Source of the DNA: Acidobacteriota bacterium
GTDB taxonomy: Bacteria > Acidobacteriota > Thermoanaerobaculia > Multivoradales > UBA5704
Assembly (NCBI GenBank): GCA_040005235.1
Contig: JBDTZG010000026.1
Coordinates: 13,354-77,353, forward strand
DNA length: 64,000 nt
Direction: 5' to 3'
This document shows positions 1 to 8,994 of the stretch, in pieces. The translations under genes and the position numbers were made by a program. The notes beneath the pieces are model-generated. The model had not been told where the DNA came from. It saw only the letters and a list, made by a program, of their open reading frames with translations, and did not search any database. How positions within the stretch are numbered: the stretch's first letter is position 1; the number at the start of each line of letters is the position of its first letter.

Positions 1-2
1 GC

Positions 3-548
3 TGCCTTTCCGCCGTGCTGCGCTCCGCCGGACAGGAAGCCGATCAGCCGCGCCTGATGCGCCTGATTGCCAGGAAGGCGCGCTATTACCAGGAGCGCAT
101 CCGCGCCGGGGGCTATCCGTTCTTCCCCGGGGCGGTCGAGCTGATCCGCTCGGTCTCTGCTGCCGGCTGCATGCTGGGAGTGGTCTCGGGAGCGCTCCAA
201 GAGGAGGTCGAGGGGGCTCTGCGCCAGGCGGAATGCCTCGACCTGTTCAAGACGATCGTCGCCGCCGAAGACGTCACCGAGGGGAAGCCCGATCCGGAGG
301 GGTACAGGAAGGCGCTCGATGCGCTCAATTCCGAGCCGCCGCTGCCCGCCCGGCTGTTTCATCCCCACGAGGTGCTGGCGATCGAAGACAGCCCCGCCGG
401 GCTGTCGGCGGCCTCCGATGCGGGCTTTAGGACCCTAGGGGTCGCCCAAACCTATCCGCCCGGACAGCTGGGCCTCGCCGAGAAGGTGGTACCCGCCGTC
501 GCGGGGTTGACCTTTGAAGGGATTCTGGCGCGGTTCCAAGGGGCTTAA
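3..548 (+). CDS. HAD-superfamily phosphatase (beta-PGM/CbbY-like), 5' end outside window
   Basis: Motifs GVVSG, GKPDPEGY and LAIEDSPAG match HAD motifs II-IV. Motif I is absent because the frame runs off the window start. Confidence 0.85.
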   Translation, partial: CLSAVLRSAGQEADQPRLMRLIARKARYYQERIRAGGYPFFPGAVELIRSVSAAGCMLGVVSGALQEEVEGALRQAECLDLFKTIVAAEDVTEGKPDPEGYRKALDALNSEPPLPARLFHPHEVLAIEDSPAGLSAASDAGFRTLGVAQTYPPGQLGLAEKVVPAVAGLTFEGILARFQGA

Positions 549-598
549 GGGCGGGCCAACCGCCCATGGCATACAATCCACCGGCTCGACCGGCCGCT

Positions 599-1168
599 AT
601 GCTCAACGTCCCCAACATTTTGAGTCTGTTTCGCATCCTGCTCGTACCGCTGATGGTGGTCGCGCTGTTTACGAAACCCAAATACTTCGGCCAGGAGTGG
701 ATCGGCCTCGGGTTGTTCCTGCTCGCCTCGCTGACCGATTTTCTCGACGGATTCCTGGCGCGGCGGCGAAAGCAGATCACCCGGCTGGGGCAAATTCTCG
801 ACCCGGCGGCGGACAAGATCTTGACCTCGGCGGCGTTCATCTCGCTGGTCGAGCTGAATCCGCGGGTGGTGCCGGCCTGGATCGTGGTGGTGATCATCGC
901 CCGCGAGTTCGCGGTGACCTCGTTGCGCAGCTTCGCCGCGGCGGAAGGAATCGTCATCCCGGCCGCCCCCTCGGGCAAGGTCAAGACCACGCTTCAGATC
1001 GTTGCGATCTCGCTCTTGATCGTCTACAACGAGTTGGGGGAGTTCCGCCACCTCGCCCCGATCTCCCTCTGGCTCGCCATGCTCGTGACCGTCTGGTCGG
1101 GCATCGATTACTTTCTGCAATTCGGCCGCCGCCTCTTAAAAAGCGAAGGCCCTCCGGTGGTGCCATGA
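599..1168 (+). CDS. pgsA: CDP-diacylglycerol--glycerol-3-phosphate 3-phosphatidyltransferase (CDP-alcohol phosphatidyltransferase)
   Basis: NVPNILSLFRI start and the signature DFLDGFLARRRKQITRLGQILDPAADK. ATG at 599 chosen over 566. Confidence 0.9.
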   Translation: MLNVPNILSLFRILLVPLMVVALFTKPKYFGQEWIGLGLFLLASLTDFLDGFLARRRKQITRLGQILDPAADKILTSAAFISLVELNPRVVPAWIVVVIIAREFAVTSLRSFAAAEGIVIPAAPSGKVKTTLQIVAISLLIVYNELGEFRHLAPISLWLAMLVTVWSGIDYFLQFGRRLLKSEGPPVVP

Positions 1169-3798
1169 CCCAGACACCCTCCCCGCCCGCGCCGCCGAAG
1201 GACCGCATGTATTTGCGATGGATCGCGGAGGTCGCCCATCGCCGCTACGGACGGGTGTTGGCGGTCTTCGCTCTGCTGGTCGCGGCTTCGATCGCGCTGG
1301 CCGCGAACCTCCGCTTCGACACCGACATGCTCCGTCTGTTGCCGAAGAAAGATCCTGCGATCTCGGCCTACGTGGATGCGCTCGAACAGTTCGGCATGGG
1401 CTCCCTACTGCTGATCGCGGTGCCGATCCCCGAAGGAGCGGTGCTCGATCCCTACTTGGGCTATGCCGACGCGCTGGCCGCCGAGGTGGGCAAAGCACCG
1501 GAGATCGCGCGGGTCGAATTCAAACTCGGCAATCCGGAGGAGCTGCTCACCACCTTCTTCCCCAAGGCGGTTCTGTTCCTCGACGACGCGGGACGGCAGG
1601 CGCTGGAGGCGAAGTTGTCCGATCCGGCGATCCGCGATCGGGCGGTCGAGCTGCGGCGGCGTCTCGGCACGCCGCAAGGGGCGGCGCTCAAGGAGCTGTA
1701 CAAGCTCGACCCGCTCGGACTGGCCGACGTGTTCCTTGGCCGGATGGAGAGTTCGCGCGGCGCCCTGAACGTCGATTGGACCAGCGGCTACTACCTGTCG
1801 AAAGACCATCGCCTGCTGCTGTTGCTCGCGGAGCCGAAGCGGCCGCCGCAAGATGTGAAGTTCAGCCAGCGGATGGTGATGAGCGTGCGCGAGCGGATCG
1901 CAACGACCGGAAAATCGTGGCCCGAGATCGTCGGCGGTGTGAACGGCGCCGCTAATCCTGGTGATGACGAGAAGGCCTTGAGCGTGCCGGCGGTGCCCGA
2001 CACGGCGCTCGGCGGTCCGTACCTCACGACGGTCGGCGACGCCAACCTGCTCGGCTTCGACATGGTGGTCAACATCGCGACCTCGGTGGTCGGCGTGCTG
2101 CTCCTGTTCCTGTTCGCGTTTCGCCGGCCGAGCGCGCTGCTTTATGCCTTCGTCCCCTTGCTCGCCGGCCTGGTCCTGACGTTTGGGTTCGCCAAAATCG
2201 CGATCGGCTCGCTCAGCTCGGCGACCAGCGTGGTGGCGGCGCTCCTGGTCGGCTTGGCGATCGACTTTGTGATCGTCAATTATGGCCGTTTCGTCGAAGA
2301 GCGGCGCAACGGCGCCTCGTTCGAGGCGGCGCTGGTGGCGATGAACAGCCTGTCGGGGCGCGCTGTGCTGACCGGGGCAGTCACCACGGCCGCCACCTTC
2401 TATGCCTTCACCACCACGTCGTTCGGCGGCCTGCTCCAGATGGGGCTGCTCACCGGGACGGGCATTCTCCTGTGCGTGATCTCGGTTCTCTGGCTCCTGC
2501 CGGCCCTTCTCGCTTGGCGCGAGGACCGTCATGCGAAGCGCGCGACGGAGCCGAACCTCTACATCCAGAGCTTTGGAACGAGCCGCTTGATGGCGATGTC
2601 GACGCGCCATCCGCGGGCGGTGCTCGGGATCGGCCTGGTGATCACTCTGCTCGCCGTCTGGAGCGCGCAGAGGGTCACCTTCGACGAGAGCATGAAGACG
2701 ATGCGCCCGCACGGCAATCCGGGGACCGCGACCACCGACGAGATCGGCAAACGGTTCGGCTCGGGCTTCGACTCGATGAGCGTCATCGTCCACGGCAAGA
2801 CGCTCGAAGAGACGCTCGCTCTCGCCGACCGCACCAGCGCGGTGGCGCAGGGGCTGGTCGATCGAGGGGTGCTCAACAGCGCGAGCGGTGTCGGCTCGCT
2901 GATCCCGCCGCTCGAACGCCAGCGGAAAACCCTCGATTGGCTCGCCGCCGGCCGTTCGGGCCCTCTCGACCTGGCGCGGATTCGCGCGAGCTTCGCCGAG
3001 GCGGCGGGCGCCTCTGGCTTGCGGCCGGAATCCTTCGAATCCGGGTTCGCCCTGCTCAACCAGGCGCTCTCCCTTCCCGGGCCGATCGGGGTCAAGGATT
3101 TCCGCAGCTCGCGGCAGACCGACTTGCTGCTCGATCGTTTCCTCGCCCAGGACGGAGACGCGTGGGTGAGCGCGGTCTACCTCTACCCGCCCCAGAACCG
3201 CTGGCGGCGAGAGGCGCCACCGGAGGTGGTGACTGCCATCGCGAAGCTCGGGCCGAACGCGATCCTAACCGGCAACAATGTGCTCAACCAGCGGGTGCGA
3301 ACGATGGTGCTCAATGATGCCTGGGTCGCCGGCATCCTCGGCTATCTGGTCGTCGGGCTGATTGTCTGGATCGACTTCCGCAGTCTCCGCGACGCGCTCT
3401 TGGCGCTCGTACCTCTCTCTCTCGGCATCGTGTGGATGGTCGGCGGGATGGGCGTGTTCGGCATCAAAATGAACTTCATCAACATTTTCGTCACGACCAT
3501 GATCATCGGGATCGGAGTCGATTACGGCGTCTACGTCATTCACCGCTACCGCGAAACGACGAGCCAGCCCTGGGCCGAGCGCGAGCGGGGGATGACCGAA
3601 ACCGGAGGCGCCGTGGCGGTGGCGGCGCTTTCGACCATCGTGGGCTTTGGGTCGATCGGCTTTTCCCACTATCCGGGATTGAAGACGGTGGGTTTCGTGG
3701 CGATCCTGGGGGCGCTTTCGACCTGCCTGATTACCATCACCCTGCTGCCGGCGTACCTGTCTTGGCGGGATCGGCGGACGACCGCGCCGACGGTATAA
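1165..3798 (+). CDS. MMPL/RND-family lipid exporter
   Basis: Two repeats of TM + large soluble loop + 5 TM, with GLAIDF and GIGVDYG motifs. ATGA overlap with the pgsA stop gives the real start at 1165, not 514. Confidence 0.85.
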   Translation: MTQTPSPPAPPKDRMYLRWIAEVAHRRYGRVLAVFALLVAASIALAANLRFDTDMLRLLPKKDPAISAYVDALEQFGMGSLLLIAVPIPEGAVLDPYLGYADALAAEVGKAPEIARVEFKLGNPEELLTTFFPKAVLFLDDAGRQALEAKLSDPAIRDRAVELRRRLGTPQGAALKELYKLDPLGLADVFLGRMESSRGALNVDWTSGYYLSKDHRLLLLLAEPKRPPQDVKFSQRMVMSVRERIATTGKSWPEIVGGVNGAANPGDDEKALSVPAVPDTALGGPYLTTVGDANLLGFDMVVNIATSVVGVLLLFLFAFRRPSALLYAFVPLLAGLVLTFGFAKIAIGSLSSATSVVAALLVGLAIDFVIVNYGRFVEERRNGASFEAALVAMNSLSGRAVLTGAVTTAATFYAFTTTSFGGLLQMGLLTGTGILLCVISVLWLLPALLAWREDRHAKRATEPNLYIQSFGTSRLMAMSTRHPRAVLGIGLVITLLAVWSAQRVTFDESMKTMRPHGNPGTATTDEIGKRFGSGFDSMSVIVHGKTLEETLALADRTSAVAQGLVDRGVLNSASGVGSLIPPLERQRKTLDWLAAGRSGPLDLARIRASFAEAAGASGLRPESFESGFALLNQALSLPGPIGVKDFRSSRQTDLLLDRFLAQDGDAWVSAVYLYPPQNRWRREAPPEVVTAIAKLGPNAILTGNNVLNQRVRTMVLNDAWVAGILGYLVVGLIVWIDFRSLRDALLALVPLSLGIVWMVGGMGVFGIKMNFINIFVTTMIIGIGVDYGVYVIHRYRETTSQPWAERERGMTETGGAVAVAALSTIVGFGSIGFSHYPGLKTVGFVAILGALSTCLITITLLPAYLSWRDRRTTAPTV

Positions 3799-4318
3799 CC
3801 TACGAGGACCTGGGACCGCCGAAGCTCCGCGGAAAACGACGGCGGCCACGCTGAGTTCGCTCTGCGCGCCCGCAAGCTCACCGACCGCGCACTGGAATTC
3901 GCTCACCGCGCGCAGCCGGTCCCTCGGTCCCACGGGAATGCGGTCGCACGCACTTGCAATGTGCGAGCGATCTGACCGTGCGCGTCAATCGCCCGCCGGG
4001 GGGAGCGCCCGGGACAAGCTTCCTGTAGAGAAGGCGAAAACGGCCACTGAAGTCCCATCCTTGCCCAGGATTTCCTCTTCGACCAGCAGTTCTAGGGAGC
4101 CCGTCGCGTAACCTCTACCGCCAAGCCCCGTCGGCCAACACCCCCGCGGCACTTAGCCGACATGCACTTGCCTCTTTTCTTCCCGGAACGCTTGCCATAC
4201 AGTACTGTCAGGTCATGAAAGCGAGAGATTTGCCAAAGAGCCGGCGGCTGCCCGGCGCCTGGCGGCGCCGCTTAGCAGCATCACGTTATCCGGCATTCAA
4301 GGCGCTGGAGGTTAACTT

Positions 4319-5020
4319 GTGGCTTCCGTATTCTTGAGCCATTCCTCAACAGACAAGCCATTTGTGCGGAAGCTAGCGCGCTCCTTGGCAACCCGAGGTC
4401 ATACCGTGTGGCTCGACGAGATCGAACTACAGCCAGGAGATTCGCTGGTGCAGCGGATTTCCGAGGCGCTAGAAAAAGCGGACTTTGTAGCAGCAGTGAT
4501 TTCGCCTGCTTCGATCAAAAGTCGATGGGTAAAGAAGGAGCTTCAACTCGCCGCCACGAAAGAACTGCGAGACAATCGCACGATAATCCTCCCGATCTTG
4601 ATTGGCCGTTGCGAAGCGCCTGAATATCTCAGAGACAAACTATACGTGGATCTTCGCGACGCAAGGCAGTATCGATCCCGCTTGAAGCTGCTGATGCGCC
4701 GGCTCGATAACGACCAATACCAGACTCGCGTTCGCTCTCGGGAGAGCGTACGCCTAGAGGTCAAGGTCACTTTGGCGCGTCTACTAGAGCCAGCTCATTC
4801 GCTGAGCTTGAATAATCAGAAGGAACTTCGCGTTAGCGCACTATGCGGCTGCTTTTACTGTCTAGCGATTTTCCCACCGTCTGAGATCAATTCTTGGATC
4901 ACCTTTGGAGAGAGCACCGCGATATGCCCGAATTGCGGGATCGACTCGGTGATCGCCTCCGAGTCTAGCGTACCAATTAGCAAGGCATTCTTGAAAGCTA
5001 TGCACAAGCGCTACTTCTAG
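4319..5020 (+). CDS. TIR (TIR_2) domain protein fused to a C-terminal Cys-rich putative Zn-binding domain
   Basis: VFLSHSSTDKPFVRKLA...WLDE...SRWVKKEL is a TIR_2 pattern with the catalytic-position Glu. The C-terminus has CGCFYC...CPNC. GGAGG RBS; visibly lower GC than its neighbours. Confidence 0.85.
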   Translation: MASVFLSHSSTDKPFVRKLARSLATRGHTVWLDEIELQPGDSLVQRISEALEKADFVAAVISPASIKSRWVKKELQLAATKELRDNRTIILPILIGRCEAPEYLRDKLYVDLRDARQYRSRLKLLMRRLDNDQYQTRVRSRESVRLEVKVTLARLLEPAHSLSLNNQKELRVSALCGCFYCLAIFPPSEINSWITFGESTAICPNCGIDSVIASESSVPISKAFLKAMHKRYF

Positions 5021-5105
5021 CGCGCTCGCCTGAAAGACAATTTGCACTGTCCGCTTCGGATGTGGCCCTCAATAGCTCGGCCCAGGCGGTGATAGGAAGG
5101 ACGCG

Positions 5106-5549
5106 ATGAGCACCTGGGAGCACCTGTTCCTGACCGGCGAGTTCCGCGCGCGGACCGATCTGTTGTCCGGGCTCAACCTCGAACAGGTCACGCTGCGCCC
5201 GGCCGGAATGTCTCACTCGATCTACGACGAGCTTTGGCATGCGGCGACGTGGCAGCGCACGGTCGTGGAGCGCGAGGCGGCGGTCGACGGCGACTACTAC
5301 CCGAGCGCGGAGCCGGAGCACGAGCAGCAGTGGCACGATGTGGTGCGCCTGTTCCTGGACGGCGCGCGGGCGGCCGTCGCTTGGTCGGAATCGCCGGAGC
5401 GGTTGGCGCTCGAAGTCGAGCCGGGTGTGACGATGGCCGATGAGCTGCATAGTCTGGCCGTCCACAATGCGTATCACCTCGGCAAGATCGTCGCTTTGCG
5501 GCAAATGATCGGCGCGTGGCCGCCGAAGGCAGCGACGGAGGAGTCGTAG
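5106..5549 (+). CDS. DinB/YfiT-like four-helix putative metalloenzyme
   Basis: HSIYDELWH and HNAYHLGKI His triad. Confidence 0.75.
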   Translation: MSTWEHLFLTGEFRARTDLLSGLNLEQVTLRPAGMSHSIYDELWHAATWQRTVVEREAAVDGDYYPSAEPEHEQQWHDVVRLFLDGARAAVAWSESPERLALEVEPGVTMADELHSLAVHNAYHLGKIVALRQMIGAWPPKAATEES

Positions 5550-5735
5550 CGGCAAGGGCAGTGCGACGCCGCCCGACGAGCGGATCCACCCGGACGCTCG
5601 CGGCCAGCTGCGCCGGAAGCATGAATTGCCCAGATCTTCTGGACGCCTTGTCGAATTCCGCTCTCCTCGTTCGTCGTAAGAGGGAAGGCTGGACAACTAG
5701 GCTCAAAACTCCAACCCCGGAACACGGAGACGCCA

Positions 5736-6317
5736 ATGAGAAAGCTCAAAATCATCGAACACATCTCGCTGGACGGCGTGATCCAGCACTCCGCCGATGA
5801 CGGCGATTTCCCCTACGGCGCCTGGACCGCGCCCTATCGGAGCCCCGCCGGCCTGGAGGCAATCCTGGCGGCGCAAGGCGACAGCTTCGATCTGCTGCTG
5901 GGCCGTCGCACCTACGATATCTGGTCGGGCTACTGGCCCAAGGCGCCAAGTAGTCCGATGGCGGACGGCCTCAATGCGGCAAGAAAATATGTCGCTACCC
6001 ACCGTCCGGAAAGTCTTGAATGGGGCCCGTTCGAGGGCCTTGGACCGGACATCGTCGAGGGCATTCGCCGCATCAAGTCGCAGGACGGCCCGGACCTTAT
6101 CCTCTCGGGTAGCTCCACGCTGACATCGACGCTGCTCGAACATGGGCTTGCGGATGAAGTCCTGCTGGCCGTCTATCCGGTCCTGTTGGGCACGGGGAAG
6201 CGCTTCTTTGCGGAGGGAACCCCGGCACACTCCTTCGAGCTCGTCAGCACGAGAGCGATGCCGTCCGGTATCATCCTCAGTGCGTACAAGGTCGCCGGGC
6301 CTTTGAAGACCGGATAG
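5736..6317 (+). CDS. Dihydrofolate reductase-family (RibD C-terminal) protein
   Basis: ISLDGVIQ, LLLGRRTY, GSSTL and YPVLLGTGKRFF motifs. Confidence 0.9.
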   Translation: MRKLKIIEHISLDGVIQHSADDGDFPYGAWTAPYRSPAGLEAILAAQGDSFDLLLGRRTYDIWSGYWPKAPSSPMADGLNAARKYVATHRPESLEWGPFEGLGPDIVEGIRRIKSQDGPDLILSGSSTLTSTLLEHGLADEVLLAVYPVLLGTGKRFFAEGTPAHSFELVSTRAMPSGIILSAYKVAGPLKTG

Positions 6318-6364
6318 CTCGACGACGCGGCCCCGGCGCCGGTTCAACCCACGAGGAGCTCTCG

Positions 6365-7663
6365 ATGATCCGACCCCTACTACTTCGCTCCCTGGTTCTG
6401 CTCGGGGCGGCGCTCCCTGCCGCCGCGGAAACGCTCTACCTGCCCAATCCCGACACCAACGGCAAGGGATCGCCCACGACCCGCCTCCTGGTACAAAACC
6501 GCGACAACGTTTCGCGGCCGCTTAAGGTGAAGTTCATTCCGACCGGCGCGAGCGGCACCGGGACTCTCTCGACCAAGCGGTACACAATCCCCGCGCATGC
6601 CACCTTCGCGCTGTCGATCGCCGAGGCGCTGCGCGGCGTGGGCATGGAGGAGATCTCAGGCAACGACAGCCTCGACGTCACGGTCGCCGCTTGGGATTTG
6701 AAAGTCGGCAGCCAGAACCTCACATGGTCGTTGCCGTTGCTCGACGAGAGCAATCGCTTCGAGAAGAACGAGACGGCCTACCTCAAGGAGCTGGCGGCCA
6801 CCGCTGCGGGGATGTTCAAGCCGAACATCGAGCTGATCAACCTGGCGAGCGCGCCCGCCGTCTGCACGATCGCGCGTTTCGATTCGGCGGGGGTGGCGAT
6901 TCTGCCGAACCTGGTGGTCAACCTGAGCCCGCTATCGCACAGGGTGAGGAAAAACGTCGTGGCCGGCCTGGGGCTCGCCGACGGCGTACCGATCTCGGCG
7001 CGGGTGACCTGCACCCAGCCGTTCTGGGCGCTCGGCACGGTGGTCGGCACGGACCCGTTGAAGACCCGCCTGTTCTTCCCGCTCGATGCTCCGTCGCCGC
7101 CGGTCGAGGAAGCCGTGACGCTGGACGTTCCAGGAGCCTTCTTCACCCCGGTCGAAGGAGCGTCGTACCTGGAGGTCCCGCTGCCGCTCGTGCCCGGCAC
7201 GGCCTATCGCCGGGCGACGATCGACTACGACCTGTTCGTGGGCGATTTCTCACCAATCTTTACCGGCCTGTTGGGGATGTTTCACGCCGGGGGGCCGCGC
7301 TTCAACAAGACCCTCTATTTCGGCTCGTTCGCCCGCGCCATCCGCGACCGGAGCATCTTCGATCAAGGCATTCCGGTGATCGAAGCGGCGATCCAGCGCA
7401 GCAGCGACTGGACACCCCAGAGCAACTACCACGTCCGGGTCTTCTACGACACCGAGGGCGGGCGGATGCGCTGGATCGTGACCGAAAAGGAAGGACTCCT
7501 GCGGACGATCATGGCGTTCGAGTGCGGAATCTTCAACTTAGATCTCGCCGACCGCGACGCGCCCATCTATCTCGCATTCGGCCTGCCGGGCGTCGCCGAC
7601 AACGCCTACTATCCGCCGATCGGCTGGCGGTTCACGAACCTCGCGGTGCGGGTCGAGCGGTAG
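6365..7663 (+). CDS. Secreted beta-rich hypothetical protein
   Basis: Signal peptide MIRPLLLRSLVLLGAALPAAA, GAGGAG RBS, GC3-biased codons, downstream hairpin. Confidence 0.7.
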   Translation: MIRPLLLRSLVLLGAALPAAAETLYLPNPDTNGKGSPTTRLLVQNRDNVSRPLKVKFIPTGASGTGTLSTKRYTIPAHATFALSIAEALRGVGMEEISGNDSLDVTVAAWDLKVGSQNLTWSLPLLDESNRFEKNETAYLKELAATAAGMFKPNIELINLASAPAVCTIARFDSAGVAILPNLVVNLSPLSHRVRKNVVAGLGLADGVPISARVTCTQPFWALGTVVGTDPLKTRLFFPLDAPSPPVEEAVTLDVPGAFFTPVEGASYLEVPLPLVPGTAYRRATIDYDLFVGDFSPIFTGLLGMFHAGGPRFNKTLYFGSFARAIRDRSIFDQGIPVIEAAIQRSSDWTPQSNYHVRVFYDTEGGRMRWIVTEKEGLLRTIMAFECGIFNLDLADRDAPIYLAFGLPGVADNAYYPPIGWRFTNLAVRVER

Positions 7664-7669
7664 GGGGTT

Positions 7670-7693
7670 GGCCGGCCCCGGAAGGGGCCGGCC
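7670..7693. terminator. GC hairpin between convergent genes
   Basis: GGCCGGCCCC-GGAA-GGGGCCGGCC, with no U-tract. Confidence 0.5.
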
Positions 7694-7701
7694 GGTCTCG
7701 C

Positions 7702-8057
7702 CTAGGGGATCTCTTCGATCAGCACGTTCTGGGTCACGCGGCCGTCGTAGCCCGGTTCGTCGCCGTCCCCTTCGGTCTTGATGCCCAGGCAGCCGAAAGC
7801 GCAGGAACCGTCGGGATCGACGCCGCTCGAATCCGCCGTGCCGAGCAGCCGTCCGGTGCCCGGCGCGTCGTTGAAGTTACCGATCAGGCGGAACGTTCCC
7901 GGATAGGCGTGGTCGAGCTCGAAGTGCGGTCCGCGGAAGCCCGTTGAGTAATCGCTGGTGTCGTAGAGATCGTTCGGGCCGCGGCCGGCCGTCGACCTTG
8001 ATGCCGTTGGCGTATTCGGTGAGCTGAACGGTGCCGTCGGCGATCGGTATTAGGTCG
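7702..8057 (-). pseudogene. Start-less, frameshifted C-terminal gene remnant (not in the ORF track)
   Basis: Hand translation of the minus strand gives DLIPIADGTVQLTEYANGIKVD, a frame change near 7990, then GPNDLYDTSDYSTGFRGPHFELDHAYPGTFRLIGNFND...RVTQNVLIEEIP*, with strong GC3 bias. Confidence 0.55.
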
Positions 8058-8109
8058 GAAACAAACCCCGACCCCTGCCGTACAGCCTCGCGGGAGGAGT
8101 TTGGATCTC

Positions 8110-8994
8110 ATGCTTGAAATCAAGGGACTCACCAAGAAATACCCGAGCGGCACAGTCGCTCTGTCAGATTTTTCGCTGTCGGTGGGGGAAGGGGTGCTCG
8201 GCCTGCTCGGCCCGAACGGCGCGGGCAAGACAACGTTGATGACGATCCTCGCGACGGTGACCCAGCCGTCCTCGGGTACGTTTCACTGGGAGGGGCACGA
8301 CGGCGTTGCCGATCCGCTCGCGGTGCGCCGGACGCTCGGCTTTCTGCCGCAGGATTTCGGGGTCTACGAGAAGCTCACCGCTAGAGAGTTTCTGCTGTAC
8401 CTCGGTCGCTTGAAGGGGCTCGTCGGCAAGGATCTGAAGAGGCGGGTGGGCGAGCTGCTCGCGCTGGTGAACTTGCACGGCGCGGCCGACCGGCGGCTCG
8501 GCGGCTACTCGGGCGGCATGCGCCAGCGGGTGGGAATCGCCCAGGCGCTGCTCGGCGATCCGAAGTTGGTCATCGTCGACGAGCCGACGGTCGGGCTCGA
8601 CCCGGAGGAGCGGGTCCGTTTCCGCAACCTGCTCGCCGAGGTCGCCCAAGGCCGGGTCGTCCTGCTCTCCACCCACATCGTCTCGGACATTGAGGCCATC
8701 GCCTCGTCGATCGCCGTCGTCCGCGCCGGGAGGCTGCTGGTTCACGCCTCCCCCGAAGAGCTGCTGCGGACGGCGGAGGGGCGGGTGTTCCGTGCCGTGG
8801 TGCCGAGCGACCGGCTCGCCGCGGTCCAGGCGCAGGTGCCGGTCTCGAACCTTGCGCGTCGGGCGGACGGCGTCCACGTTCGCTTCGTCGGTGCGGTGGG
8901 GGGCGCCGCGGCTCTTCCCGGCGCCGAGCCGGTCGAGCCGACGCTCGAAGACGCCTACCTGATCTCCCAGCTTGCTTCGAGCGGCCGGCCATGA
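8110..8994 (+). CDS. ABC transporter ATP-binding protein
   Basis: GPNGAGKTT, YSGGMRQR, VIVDEPT; GGAGG RBS. Confidence 0.95.
   Translation: MLEIKGLTKKYPSGTVALSDFSLSVGEGVLGLLGPNGAGKTTLMTILATVTQPSSGTFHWEGHDGVADPLAVRRTLGFLPQDFGVYEKLTAREFLLYLGRLKGLVGKDLKRRVGELLALVNLHGAADRRLGGYSGGMRQRVGIAQALLGDPKLVIVDEPTVGLDPEERVRFRNLLAEVAQGRVVLLSTHIVSDIEAIASSIAVVRAGRLLVHASPEELLRTAEGRVFRAVVPSDRLAAVQAQVPVSNLARRADGVHVRFVGAVGGAAALPGAEPVEPTLEDAYLISQLASSGRP

Noticed and set aside
514-1164. N-terminal extension of the MMPL ORF
   Set aside because: It overlaps pgsA in another frame; the ATGA coupling at 1165 marks the start.
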